Assembly: GCA_964019425.1 (NCBI GenBank)
Contig: OZ025796.1
Coordinates: 186,001-250,000 of the forward strand
Reading direction: 5' to 3'
Source: Flectonema sp. DT1601
Taxonomy: Eukaryota
DNA length: 64,000 nt
A model generated the notes under the pieces. The model was not told the origin of the DNA. It worked only from the letters and a program-made list of their open reading frames with translations, and made no database searches. Shown one piece after another: positions 11,117 through 24,096 of the stretch. Position 1 is the stretch's first letter; every line of letters starts with the position of its first letter. The position numbers and the translations under genes were made by a program.

Positions 11117-14100
11117 TTTTTTTTTTTTTTTTTTTGAAGTATTTAGTCTGTTTAAAAAAAAGAATTGAAAAATCCAGCTAGTTAAAGCAATTTATTTATT
11201 TTTTTATTTTTTTTTTTTTTTTTTGGCACCAAAAAACACACCCGTGAAGAAATGGCTAATTTATTTTACTCGTTCATATTGTCACTGAAGAAAATACACA
11301 GCCAAAACACGAAATCAACCCCCCCCTAACGGTCAATTAACACAGGCGTCAGCAAAAAGCAACAAAAGCCTTACGTAGGATGGAATATGGAGAATAGGGC
11401 ATAGGGAGAAGGGGGGTGAAGAAAAAAGAAAAGAAAAGAAAAGAATGAAAAAAAAAAATGCAAGCAATATCTTGCCAGCTGTACAATAATTAAAATATAA
11501 AACAGAAATAAAAAAAAGGGATTTGAAAAAAAAGAAATGAAAAAGGGGATGAGATGTAGAAAAAGTAATGTAAGTCTGTCCTACGCGAGAAAAAACTTCG
11601 AAAAGATTTTAAAAAAAAGTTAGAACAGGTGAGAAAGAAAATAAAAAATCTTCCAATATGAGTTTAATAAGATAAATAAAACAAAGCAGATTGGGGAAGA
11701 TGATTACGCGAGGCAAGTAGCATTTTTTTTTTTTTTTTTTTTTTTTTGCTCACCTCACACGTCTATTATTGTACTTCATTTTCATTTTTTTTTTTTTTTA
11801 TCGTTTGCACACCACCCACCCGAAAATAAAACAAAAGGCAAGGGAATTTACCCCAGATCGCTACCTCACAAAATTATTATTATTTATTATTTTTTTTCAC
11901 TAAAAAAAAAAAAAAAAAAAATATATTAAAAAAGAATTTTTAAAAAAAATTAAAAATCAGAACGCTGTTTTCGCTTAAGCTTTTGCTTAAACGTCAGGGT
12001 ACTGAGATTTGATTTGATTTTTTTCTTCTTTTTTTTTTTTTCCATTCTCTTCGCATAAATAATATCTAACTGCACTGCACTAGTATTGATTCCCTATTGA
12101 TTACTTGAATGAAAACACACGTTTTATTTTATTTTTTAATTTTAATGCGAGATACACACAGATCACAGAGTCCGAGATTAAATTCCCATTCTATTTCTCT
12201 TTTTGTTTTGTTTTTTTTTATAAAAAAAACAAAAATAAATAAAGAAATAGAAAGAAGGGAGAGAAAACCTGATCCGAGATGTGCAAAAAAAAAACATATC
12301 AAAAAAAGAAATCAGTTTAAAAATCTTAAAACTATACATAAATAGTAATGTAACACTGTTATATTTTTGTTTGTGCACGAAACTTAAAAAAATAAATAAA
12401 ATAAAGAAACCTAGACGGGTTTAAGCTTTGTCCCAGGATCGTTACGCAAGGAAAACAAGAAAAATAAACTTTAGAAGTACGAAGCTTTTTAAGTGGGTAA
12501 TTGTTGCTTTATTTCTCGGGGATTTTTTTTTTTTTAAAAATGAAAATTGGGTGAGTGGTGTTTTTTTTTTTTTTTTGTTCTTTTTTTTTTTCCTTCCCCC
12601 GACTAATCGTTTCGTAGCGCAATATTACCATCCATTGTGTGAATTTGTTAAAAACACGTTCACCGAAATCAAGATTTTAAAAAAAAAAAAAAAATCTTGC
12701 CATAGTTAGTGATAGAAGCTAAGTTCTCCCTATTCTGAGAGGGAGATTAAAAAATAATTTTAAAAAAAAAAAAAAAAAAACAAAGCCTAATAAGATATTT
12801 GTAGCTGGTATGTTCTGTACACTGCATGCATAGAGAACAACAAGAAAAAACATAAGAATTAAAAAAAAAAAAAAAAAAAAAAAAACGAATTGGTGTTTTT
12901 TTTTTTTTTTTTTTTTTTTTTTTCTTTTTTGTCCATCTGTTGCTAAGGGACGATTCCGTAGCACCTACGAGGACGAAAAATAATAAAAAAAACGCAAGTC
13001 CTTATTGAACCGAGACCTCAACAACTTAATAATTACTTTGAAACTATATAAATTTTTTTTTTCTGATTTTCGAATTTTAAAAAAAAAAAAAAAGGAAAAT
13101 GCTGAAGGGAAAAAAAAAAAAACTTATCATCAAAAAACGACTAAGTTAGTTTCAGATAATTAGGTAAGCTGCCACGGTCACAGTCAAGAGGAGGGGAGAT
13201 TACCCTTATTTAAAGAGGTACGTTTCGAAAAGATAAAAAGAGAGATAAACACGCAAACATTGCCGTCAACAACCCAACAAACCTGAATCACCAAGACTAA
13301 AATACTCTGGGTTTTTTTTTTTTTTTTTGTTGTTCTTATTGTCCTGAAAAAGAACAAAAACAAACAAAACAAAATAAAATAAAAATAACAAAAAAAAAAA
13401 CGCCCTGTTTTTCAACAGGGCCGCAAGACATTCATGGATGCAAATAACGTTTATAACCATCCCCTCTATGATACTTGGTGCCTCAATCAGACTGCCTACA
13501 GGTTCATCAAAGCAATGTAGAATGGAATACGACAAGGAATAAAGTGCCTGCTATTTCCCAGCAGGTGTTCACCGAATTCTACGTCGCTATCTCTTTAAAG
13601 AAAAGGAAGAAAAAAAAAGAAATGCAATGCAATGCAATGAAATAATGAAAGGGAGGGAATTCTTTTTTCTTTTCGAACCTTTTATTTCTAAAAGAGTAGT
13701 CCATGTTGAAACACATGACCTTGGTTAAAAAGTAGTACCTTGAAGTAACTTTTTATAGAAGGATTTTTTGATCAAGTTTTCTTAACGAGATCTCAAATGG
13801 AATATACGATAAATATTATTATTACTTATTTATTTATTTATTTTTTTTTTTAGGGGCTATTGCGCCAATATGAATTTCCCCTTCGAAGGGTTTTTTTAAA
13901 AAAAAAAAAAAAAAAAAAATCGATTTCATAAAATCGAAGTCACAGAAGCATCCCCACAACAGAAGACAATAAAGTCGTCATTTCCTAAAAAAATAACGAC
14001 CAGAGTCTATCATATATGCGGGCGGTAAATATGAAAACAATGTTGTTGTTAAAGAAAAGAAATTACAACATGGTTGTATAGTAGTATAACAAAGACAAAA

Positions 14101-15346
14101 CCGACTTACCAAAGCAACTAGACGGCCGTCGTGACTTTTTTTTTCTTTTTTTTTTAGTTTTTTTCTTTTTTTTAAAGACAGTTTTACAGAAAAGGGAAAA
14201 AAAAAGAGGGAAAAAAAAAAAAAAAAAAAAATGTTTGTTTACTGAAATATGTCATTTTGGCCGACACACAGAGCAGAAATATTAGAGAGAAAAACGCAAT
14301 ACAAAAATAAAATTTAAAAAAAAAAAAAGTTTATTATTACTTTCCTTAAGATTATCTTAATAGTCTGTCATAAATCGAAAATTACAAAAAAAAAATGAAT
14401 AATTTATGAGTGGGGGATAGGAAACAGGGACTTTACAGAAAACAAAATAATATTTTAAAAAAAAAAAAAACGGACACAAAGATAGGGGGAAACGCTTATC
14501 AAGGAAAACAATGTCAGCCACCATTCCATAATTTAATTAAGATTTTGGCATAGAAAAGGCGATTTTGAAAAAATAATTTAAAATGAGGAAGATAGTCAAG
14601 AGTCACTTAAGACCCAAAAAAAAGAGATGTCATGAGGGAAAATAGTAAAAAGAAAAAAAGAAAAAAAAAAAAAGGGAAAAGGAAAATTAAACAACAAAAT
14701 AGTTGCCTACAAACGCTGCCATCTTTCGCGGCACGGATCGATTATATTTTTTTTTCTTCTTTTTCTTTTTTCTTGCAACTTTTTTCCCCCAACATAAGGG
14801 AATCTCTTACAACCCCGCAGGGCAGTGTCTGGTTTTTGTTCATTTAAGAACGGTTTTTGTTCTTTTTTTTTTTTTTTTTTTTTCACGTAGGCAATTACTT
14901 ATCTAACTACTACTACATACAAAAAAACGGAGAAAATGAGAAGGGCATGAGTATTTTATGTATTTTATCTTTTCTTTTTTTTTTTTTTGTTGTCTGTTTT
15001 TTTTTTTTTACTCAGCATGAGAGACAAAAGTGGGAATGTGACTGACAGTGTTTTCCTTTGATAAACTTTTTTTTTTTTTTTTTTAAAATAATTTTCAACA
15101 TAATAAACAACAACCACACTAAACAACGGACGTAAGAAAGTTACGTACCAAATGTGTTTGTTAGAGTAGCTTAAGCTACTTTTCTTTTTTTTTTTTTATT
15201 GTGTTTCAAAAACAAGAAGGAAAAAAGGGAAAAGAAAAACAGGGACGGCAACATACAATTACAATACAATTAATTTCTTTTTTTTTTTTTTTTTTTTTTT
15301 TTCTTCATGAAAAAGTTTTTTTCTTTGTCTTCCAGAATTTTTTTTA

Positions 15347-16669
15347 TTACTTACCGTACCAAGCCTTTCTCAACTCCTGTCTTGGGGACGCGGTCATCAG
15401 TGGATTTCCCTTCATCTCTCGGTAGTACATTAATGCCTGAGCTTGCATAGCAGAAGAACGTTTCGCAGGTTCCTTGGCTTCGCGCTCCTTTTCTCGCATC
15501 TTGCGGTCAATTTTATCGACCAACATGTACAAACGAGCAGTTTCAGGGATACCAACCTCATGCATGCTCTGACGTAATCTTGAGCCATGCTGGATTTCAA
15601 CAAGTCCTTTGATAATGTAAGATAAAGTTCCAAGCGGACTTGGTTTTTCTGGATGATCACTCAACGAGTAACGGCTTGCCATTGAAGCCCAATGAGTTTC
15701 ATGAGCGTCTGTGAATCTGTAAAGCTCCTTAAGCATCAGAGTTGGGTCTGAAATGGTTTGACGTGCAGCAGCGACAGACATTGGTATTAAGTCACTAATA
15801 CAAAGTCTAATGGCCTCCTTATCAATTGAAGGAAGGCAACATTGTTGTCTGAGCATAAGAAGTAAAGCTGAAAACCCAGCTAATGGATCAGAACCTCTAA
15901 TAATTGTATTATTTAGTTCCTTTAACTCACTAACAGATACCCACGGTTCACAGTAGTCTGGTGCTAACTTCATGTCGAAAACTGATCCAAGAAGCTCGAC
16001 CAGGGCACTGGCACGAACATCCTTTCCAAGTTTAGTAGTAAAGATGGTATTCAACAACTGTACTAATGTGTCGAATACAATTTTGTAACTTGGAGTACTC
16101 CTGGCAGCACCCGAGTCAGTAAATCCATTCACTCTTCTGACTAGAGACTTAACAATCTCAGTAGGACTCAAGTGTGGAAGTAATTCCGTCTGTGATCGTG
16201 ACGCAGTTAATAACAAAGTTTTCATTAAGTTTAGAAATCTAGAGATAACCTCCTCGTTCGACTCCTTCAACTTCGGGGTATGGACAGGCTGGCCAACTGG
16301 AGGACCAGATTTCTCAGCCATCCTTGAACGAGGACTAGAGGGTTCACCAAAGGTGAATGCCTCCATTGCTTCGTAGGTTGTCATTACTGGCTTTTGGTAC
16401 CTCGATGTTGGAACTGCTAAAGGAACATTAGCAGGAACAGGAACAGGAGATCCATAATTAGCCTGCAAATTCTGCGCGCTCTGCGCTAGTGTTGGCATTC
16501 TCGGAGGAGCAATCGGCATCACACTAGTTGTTGGCAATTGTTTTCTCTGATACTTTTCTGTCCCTGGACTGTACGGGCTCAAGGGACTAAGTGGAGAACA
16601 CGGCATTGGCGGAGACTTCACTTTCTTCATTGGGTACTGTTGCTGTCTTGATGTTGTAAGCACAACCAT
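15347..16669 (-). CDS. Protein with a Pro-rich N-terminus and a domain resembling the C-terminal (TOG6-like) region of XMAP215/CKAP5/MOR1
   Basis: 440-aa ORF with the ATG after an A-tract. LVQLLNTIF..ALVELL..LNNTII..FSALLLML..PLGTLSYIIKGLVEIQHG recalls the MOR1/CKAP5 C-terminus. Confidence 0.5.
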   Translation of the reverse strand: MVVLTTSRQQQYPMKKVKSPPMPCSPLSPLSPYSPGTEKYQRKQLPTTSVMPIAPPRMPTLAQSAQNLQANYGSPVPVPANVPLAVPTSRYQKPVMTTYEAMEAFTFGEPSSPRSRMAEKSGPPVGQPVHTPKLKESNEEVISRFLNLMKTLLLTASRSQTELLPHLSPTEIVKSLVRRVNGFTDSGAARSTPSYKIVFDTLVQLLNTIFTTKLGKDVRASALVELLGSVFDMKLAPDYCEPWVSVSELKELNNTIIRGSDPLAGFSALLLMLRQQCCLPSIDKEAIRLCISDLIPMSVAAARQTISDPTLMLKELYRFTDAHETHWASMASRYSLSDHPEKPSPLGTLSYIIKGLVEIQHGSRLRQSMHEVGIPETARLYMLVDKIDRKMREKEREAKEPAKRSSAMQAQALMYYREMKGNPLMTASPRQELRKAWYGK

Positions 16670-18069
16670 TTTTTTATTTTTTGTTATGTAAAAAAATACA
16701 ATCTGTTTTTTTTTTTTGAATATAAGATAAAAATTTAACTAACAAAATCAGCTTCACTAATATTTCCTATAGCCAGTCACTGCTATTGAGGATTGCCTAC
16801 CTGTAAAAAGAAATTAGGCAATGGATTCAACGGTTTTCAAGGCTTTTGTTCATTATTTCTTTTTCCAAGCTTGCATCAGGAAGATTTATATGAAGGGGAC
16901 TTTTTGCATAAGAGACGGTAACCATTCTGTAAAAATGTGCGAAACAAAAAAAAAGAAAAAAAATTCGAAAGTACGGAATCACATTCGATAAGAAATCTCA
17001 GTTTCTTAAAGTTGTTAAAAATGTTAGAAAACAACAACACTAAAGACAACAATGCAAATATAAAGATGTGAATACTCCTCCAGGGAATATCAACCTTCGG
17101 TGAGAACATTTTCGAACTAAATACGTGACAGATCGACGTCTTCTTCTACGGCGCGACGCGCCAAAGAAATATGATTGATTTTCCCTTCTCCTTCACTTGT
17201 GGTAAGAACCACTGCAGTACAAAAATTGAGTAATGTTGTGCAGAAGTCTCACGACAGGGTTATCTTCAGTGGTAAGAACCACAACAAGCAGTTTTGACAT
17301 CTTTATTCTAAATAGAAGGGAAGGGCACTATTTCTTGGTTCACGCTAATTAAACGAACAAAAATATGTAAAAAAAAAAAAAAAAATTCTTCTCATTGTTG
17401 GCTAGATACCCCACTCAGATTTTTCTTTTTTTTGCAGTTTTTTTTTTTTTGGCACATTAGAAATTTTCTTCCAGAAAATTTCTTCCGCGCTGAAGAGAAA
17501 CCTGACTTCAGCGTAGCTTTCTCAGTCTAAAGTCAGTGTTGGCTGCATTTTTGATTCGAAATTTTCGGTTTAATTCCACGATTATATTTTCATTCATTTA
17601 TTTTGCACAACATTTTACAAAAACAAAAAAAACTCTGAATTCCTGCTAGAAGATTGCAGTGAATCAATTTGCGTGGTTAGTGTACGAAGCAAGCACCACC
17701 AGAGAAATAACAAAAAAAAGAGCGCTTTTCGTATTTGGGTGTATGTAAACAAGAAGAAGAAAAATAAAATACAATGTTACTATACAGATACAGCGGTACC
17801 TGCGCCTCTACATTTTTTTTTTTTTTTTTTTTCGATCGACCTCAATTCCCACTACTAATCGGAATAAATAAAAAAAAAAATTAAAAAAAAAAAAAAAAAA
17901 CCTATAACGATCGGTGATACGGGACATTTAAAAAAAAAAGAAAATCTCCTTCTCCAGCTCAGTTGTATAAGATGGTTACTCACAAACACAGTAATTCATA
18001 ATCTTGGATATGACTACCGCTTACCCATTTAAAAAAGATAGGAGTGGCACAGAAACTTAATTAACAGGC

Positions 18070-19308
18070 TTACGGTGAAAGTATACGAAACATAGCAGGA
18101 TAGATTTTAACTGAAAAGTCTTCACTTGGAACAAGCTCACCATCAAGAACCACTTTATTACGTGGGTCAACCTCGACGGATACTTCTGTTAAGGATGAGC
18201 TTTTAACATTTTGTTGGTGGAGATGCTCACCAGAATCTATTTTTAACATTGTTCTTATTGAAGCTAAGCGGGTTAAGTTATGACTGTCAATGTATTGGAG
18301 GTTAAGCAAACCATCATTAACACGAGATTGCGGTGATATACAAGTCTCAGTCGATAAGTGAGGAGCATTCGTAATACAAAACAAACTAATATGATCACCC
18401 TCTGGTCCATTTTGAAATCTACAGAAGTAACGAGGCATACTAAAGATAGCTTTAATTGAGTAAATCACAAAGCGGATATTTCCAATGCAGCGAAGCCACT
18501 CGCTATCGATGTCAACGTCAGCAATCACTCCGTACGTTAGACTTAAGATTCCGAACCTTGATATTGTTTCTGTTGTATATCTGAAGGCATCGAGTTTCGC
18601 TTCCTTGCCTCTAAGTATAATATTGACTGCTTGCCTTGGACAGCGAATTCCAAGTGAAGCTGCGATACCGTTTCCAGATCCAGATGGGATAACAGCAAGA
18701 CGAATCTCACTTGTCATGACGTCGTCTCTCTCTGAGAGCGCATTAACAACCTCATGAAGGACTCCATCACCAGACACAACCGTAATAACATCCCCCGGGT
18801 TGAGTATTAACGTTTCAGTTATTTCTGATGCATGTCCAATCCTCTCGGTGTGGTATATATTAACTGTGTGCGGTGAAGCCTCCAACGCTGGTAAAACAAT
18901 ATTACGTAATATCGATTGACTATATCCCCTTCCAGACTTTGGATTCACAATACAATGAATTGTGTATGGTTGATCGGGATACAACTTTCGCCTAAAGTGT
19001 GAAAGCAATTCGAGTGAATCATCAGCTACATCAAATGAAATATTTAAATTGTAGGGCGATACTGTGAGTGATACCTTTACAACAGTTCCGTCAGCAGTCC
19101 CACTGAGTACTTCTTCCCATTTGAAAAAAGTGTTTACAACCCAAAGTCCATCACCTGTAACCCTTACTGTTCCTCTGCGGGTTTCACATTTCCATTCAAT
19201 GGCAGTGTCGGTAGGCATCGGAACGCGTCTTCTTACATTTCGGGATAAGTATCCCAAAGTCAATCCTGCCACTGCTGCGGTCGAGAACATTGCCGCATTA
19301 CGATACAT
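18070..19308 (-). CDS. Sphingosine kinase / DAGK-catalytic-domain lipid kinase
   Basis: Motifs IVNPKSGRG, SGDGVLHEVVNAL, PSGSGNGIA, ADVDIDSE, DGE. Confidence 0.88.
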   Translation of the reverse strand: MYRNAAMFSTAAVAGLTLGYLSRNVRRRVPMPTDTAIEWKCETRRGTVRVTGDGLWVVNTFFKWEEVLSGTADGTVVKVSLTVSPYNLNISFDVADDSLELLSHFRRKLYPDQPYTIHCIVNPKSGRGYSQSILRNIVLPALEASPHTVNIYHTERIGHASEITETLILNPGDVITVVSGDGVLHEVVNALSERDDVMTSEIRLAVIPSGSGNGIAASLGIRCPRQAVNIILRGKEAKLDAFRYTTETISRFGILSLTYGVIADVDIDSEWLRCIGNIRFVIYSIKAIFSMPRYFCRFQNGPEGDHISLFCITNAPHLSTETCISPQSRVNDGLLNLQYIDSHNLTRLASIRTMLKIDSGEHLHQQNVKSSSLTEVSVEVDPRNKVVLDGELVPSEDFSVKIYPAMFRILSP

Positions 19309-19922
19309 GTGTTTTTTTTTTTTTTTTTTTTTTTCCCCTCTATTATTCTATGTACCTTTTTTTTTTTTTTTTTTAAAAAAAAAAATAATAATAACAATAA
19401 TAATAATCATTTCGTTATTTTATATAAGTAGTGTTAGCAAGGGTTATAATAACCACAGTAGGCACACTGCATTGATTAAGTACCTTAACTTCGGTAAGTT
19501 AAAGTTTTAAATAAATAAAAAATTTAAAAAAAAAGAGCAACACATCTATAGCGGATGAGAGAAGAAAAAAGAAGTCATCAGCAAACACATAGTGAGCTCG
19601 TAAGTTTTTCACGAGTTGGGGGGAAAAAAAAAAAAGAAAAAAAAATTCAATCCTGTCAACAACTTACTCAGAGAACTGTCATACCCCAGGTATCAATAAT
19701 TTTTTTTCTTCTCCCTTTTTTTTTCTTTATTAAGCCCTTCTCAAAAACAAAACTATCAAGTGAGTTTTGTTATTATTATTCCTCCAAAATGATACAACTC
19801 ATTCAACGGGTGATGGGCAACCAGCTGATGGAGTTTGTTTTGTTAGCAGGTATAGAACTGACCGCAGGGTTTTTTTTTTTTTTTTTTTGAGAGTAAATTA
19901 AATATCTGTATTGTATCAGACC

Positions 19923-19953
<31 letters not shown>

Positions 19954-22043
19954 AGTTATGATACAATTGACCAGAAAAGTAATGCTAAGTACGCAGACTT
20001 TACATTATAATTAATAGCTCTAACTTACACCGTAAGAGGGTGTAATCACAGAGTAGATATGCGTCTCAGAAAAACTTTGTGGGTTATCAAGAAAATAGAA
20101 TTTCTTAACCACAACAACTAGAATTGATTAAGGGAAATGAAAGGAAAAAAAAACCACCTCAAAACCGAGAAGGTTCTATTGCTTTGCTTTGTCAGCTGCA
20201 ATTGCTTTCGGTTATTAAAGAGTGTTAGCTGTGGGTAGGTGAAAGATATGCCAAGTTCACGTACGCTATTCATTCCACGCGACAGGCATTCCCCCCCCCC
20301 CCACCCAACATGCAATTGAAATCATTTTCTGCTATTTTTCTTAATCATCAAGTCATACTACAACCGTGAGACACGCACAAGTCAGAATGACGTGAATTAG
20401 TTAGTATTAATGGTATCAGACAATTAAAAAATATATTAAAAAAATTCATCAAATGATGTGAATTAGTTGTTTAGTCAGCGAGCCCAACATTTTACAGCCC
20501 GACAAATTATGTCGAACCTAATCACTGAGAGATTCACTTTTTGTAGCTAGAAGTACACGACTACCCAGATCTACCGCAAGCACGAAGCACGCGATGTAAG
20601 AAAAAAAGCAAAAACGCTATTTTGTTCGGCAAGAAAACAGAGAGAACAGGTCATTGTTAAATTTATTTTATTTATTTATTTATCGACCTGAAGAAGCTCA
20701 CGGTGGTACCAGTTATTAGGTACCTCAACCGTGAGACTCTCACAGGCGAGAAGAGACCTAAATTGACCAAAACGAAAATGACTACTCCCCCAGATCACAA
20801 TAAACGGCTGGTAATGTCAATTTTTTTAAAAATTTATCTCCTTCTCTTCGCAATACCCCTCGCTTAAAACACGGTAAACAAGAAAAAAAAAAAAAAATTA
20901 GATCAAAAAAGAACTACCAAGAGTGTTTCAATCAGTTTAGAAATTGACCGTTACGTGAAATACCTGTTTTCGGGCGAGCAAAAACAATAACAAGAGGAAA
21001 GAAAAAATAATAATTAACAAGCACGCTGGAATGGATTCTTGATATACACAACAATTAGTCACTTTTATAACTCCCTCTCTTCACTGTTTGTACAAATACA
21101 GGTCAAAGAGAGAGGGTAGAGACTGTTGTTATCGAAAAATTCATAAATGACGACAACGTTTGTGAAAGAATAGGACCCACAATGTCATGCATGCTGTTAA
21201 CATTATTTGCAATTACCCTGTTTGGGGATGAAAAAGAAAACAACATGCAGGAAATAACGCCCACCTACGAGACTTAGATAGTCAGCGAGTCCGACATACA
21301 ATTGAGTACCGGTTAGATAGACGCAACAGTTAACCACCTGTGAGTCCCCAATACTATGACTTAAGATCACTCTGTTTTCTTTGAATAAAATATTCATTTA
21401 TTTGATATAAGTTCACCCATGATCTCACGAAGGGAATAATAAATTTTAAAAAAAAAAAACATTCAAAAGTAAGTGTATTCAATAACCACTTTTAAAACAA
21501 CGGACGCAACACAAGCACACGAGAATACAGCTCAGCTGACAGAACAGAGAAAACAGGACAACTGATATTAAACGAAGGGTGGGCAGAGAAAGAAAAAGAA
21601 TTGTTAGTGAGAAGAAAAAAAAATAAAATAAAATAAAAAAATTGAAAAGGAATGCCACATAACTAAACAATAAACTTTAAAAAATAAAATTTTAAAAAAA
21701 GGGGAGAAAATAAATCGGAACATAAGAAAAACTATCTTCTCTTTTTTTTTTATCTATTGGAAAAGTTATAATTATTATTTATTTATTTATTTATTTTTTT
21801 CCACACAAGGATTTGTGTGACAAAATAACAGGAAAAAAAGAGGAAAACAATTATTTATTTGTTGTTCCCTCTCTTCCTTTTTTTAATTTTATGTTTTTTT
21901 CACATTCGTAAGGAAGTATTCCCTTACAATTCTAACCGACACACTGAGCGAACGAAATATCCAATTTCCGTACCACAAAACATAGCTGATCTGTCAGGGA
22001 TAGTAGTGGTTGTTAGTTATAAAAAAATAAAAAAAAAAGGGGG

Positions 22044-22410
22044 TTAACTATTTGATTTTATACTTAAAGAAATACAAACATATTGCATCAAAAACAATAA
22101 TTTAACATTATAGTTTTAGATACAGTGGCTATGCCTTAACTGTAGCCTTCTGAAGTTACTATTATTTGTTTAGAGAATAATCCATAAACCTCTTTACCTA
22201 TCATAAACAACATAACGATAATTTTACATTAGTTTCAGAAACAGTAGTGTAGGCAAACATTCCGCAATTGATGTAAATCCTTTACATTATAATAAATGGT
22301 TCTAACTTAGCTGCATACACATCTCTTTTTCCGTGTTGTCATTCAGTGCAGTACGGAATCGAGTTATTCAATTTACGAAATCATGAAAACTCTGGTTTTG
22401 GTTTCCCAGT
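22044..22410 (-). repeat. Degenerate copy related to retroelement family 2
   Basis: Follows a G-run. 22200-22375 aligns with 56124-56316, and 22165-22200 keeps a decayed piece of the family-2 hammerhead. Confidence 0.65.
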
Positions 22411-23514
22411 CTCGTCAAGAATATAAAACTTTTTTTATATAGAAAAAATAAATAATTTAATATGAACATTTCTTAATAAATATTTTTTACAAAAAAAAAA
22501 AAAAAAAAGATTGTTACAGTAATTATTGTACACTACCAGCGGAGCACTCATCTTAGATAAACTAAAGTAGCATGTCCGAAATAAGTTGGAGTGACATGAG
22601 AGCGTAACAGAGTTCAAAATTAAGTGTCGGCATCTGAAGTGAAGTCGAGAGTGAGGAGGTTTATCGAAATAACACCATCATCTGTCCTTCTTACGTTCTT
22701 TACGAGAAACTATTAGAATTGTCACAGAATTGTCCTTCAAGGGATTTGGGCTACCTCAACGTTTGCAACCTGTAGCTTCTGGTACGGGAATGCAGTGCCA
22801 CGTACTACAGGTTGAGCGTCCCATACCCCAGCCTCCTTTAAAGGGGAAACACGAGTATAATTTGCGAATAGTGGTATCAAAGGAAAACTTAAAACAAAAA
22901 AAGAAAAAAATAAAAATACAATTTTACAGATTTGTTGCACACTGCACACGTCGCAAAACTATGCTGCGGATATTTCTCCTGCTGGACTTTGGGATCGAGG
23001 CCCAACCTAATCCTAACAATGAAACTTAGTACACAAACTCTGCTTCTTATCGTTTTTCTTTTTTTTTTTTCTGGGAAGCCTTGGTAGCTGCTAAGACAAA
23101 AGAATTAGAAAGGAAACACGTATTCGAAGTCAGCCACGAATTATTATTATTAATTTTTATTTTTTTTAAAAAAATGGTTTTTTTTTTTTTTCGGGCTGTC
23201 TATGGAACCCGAACTATTTTCCTGTTATCTCCAGCGAAGGGCTTTGCGTGCTAGAGAATAAGTAACAAAAACGAGAGAGAAGTGTCCAAAAAATGAGGGG
23301 GGGAAAAAAAAAAAAAGAAAATCCCAATAATATGGGCTCGTACTGAAGCACGGTTTTGTTTTTTTTAAGATCAGGTTTTTTTTTTTTTTCCTCTCCTAAT
23401 TTATAACTAACAGCACAGACAAAAAAAAAAAAAAAAAAAAAAAAAAAACGAAACAAAACAAAACAAAACAAAAGTACAATAGAACGAATACTCAAACAGA
23501 AGTCTTAATTGAAC

Positions 23515-24096
23515 TCAGCATTTGCATCTTTTAGATTCATTTTTTTTATACCTGCTGGACACGTTAGCAAGTGACAAGACCGAGTCGTCGTCTTCCAAAA
23601 TGGGATGCGCTTTACAGAGTGCTGCGATAGACTCGAATGGAGAGTGGATGTTTTTCTTAAATTTTGAAGATACTTCATAATAAGGAAGGCAGTGATGCTT
23701 ACACCAATCAGCTATAGCGTTATCAGAAACGACGCGAATGGTGTCTAAGTCACCTTTGGTTCCAACCACGACGATTGGACGACCCTCACCTAGTCTGGAA
23801 ACGAAATCTTCTCTCCATGAATTGAGACTATTAAAACTGTCTATCGAAGTTAAATCAAAAACGAGAACACATCCCGCAGCACCCCTCCAATACCCACTCC
23901 CCAGACTATGAAATCGCTCCTGACCCGCCGTATCCCATAGCTGTAATACAGTATCACCAAGCGCCTTAGTAGTGAACTCTGCTCCTATCGTTGCTTGTAC
24001 TTTTTCATTGAATTTACCGTCAACAAAGCATCCAACTAGGCAGCTTTTTCCAGCTCCGGAGTTTCCCAATATTATTATTTTTATTAATTGGGACAT
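23515..24096 (-). CDS. Rab7-like small GTPase (divergent)
   Basis: Motifs GNSGAGKS, ATIGAEF, WDTAGQERFHSLG, YWRGAAGCVLVFD, TKGD, and a C-terminal CKC prenylation motif. Confidence 0.88.
   Translation of the reverse strand: MSQLIKIIILGNSGAGKSCLVGCFVDGKFNEKVQATIGAEFTTKALGDTVLQLWDTAGQERFHSLGSGYWRGAAGCVLVFDLTSIDSFNSLNSWREDFVSRLGEGRPIVVVGTKGDLDTIRVVSDNAIADWCKHHCLPYYEVSSKFKKNIHSPFESIAALCKAHPILEDDDSVLSLANVSSRYKKNESKRCKC

Noticed and set aside
20685..20745. CUGAAGA followed by a long hairpin on the + strand
   Set aside because: No GAAA closes stem II, and no matching stem I/III or cleavage triplet was found.
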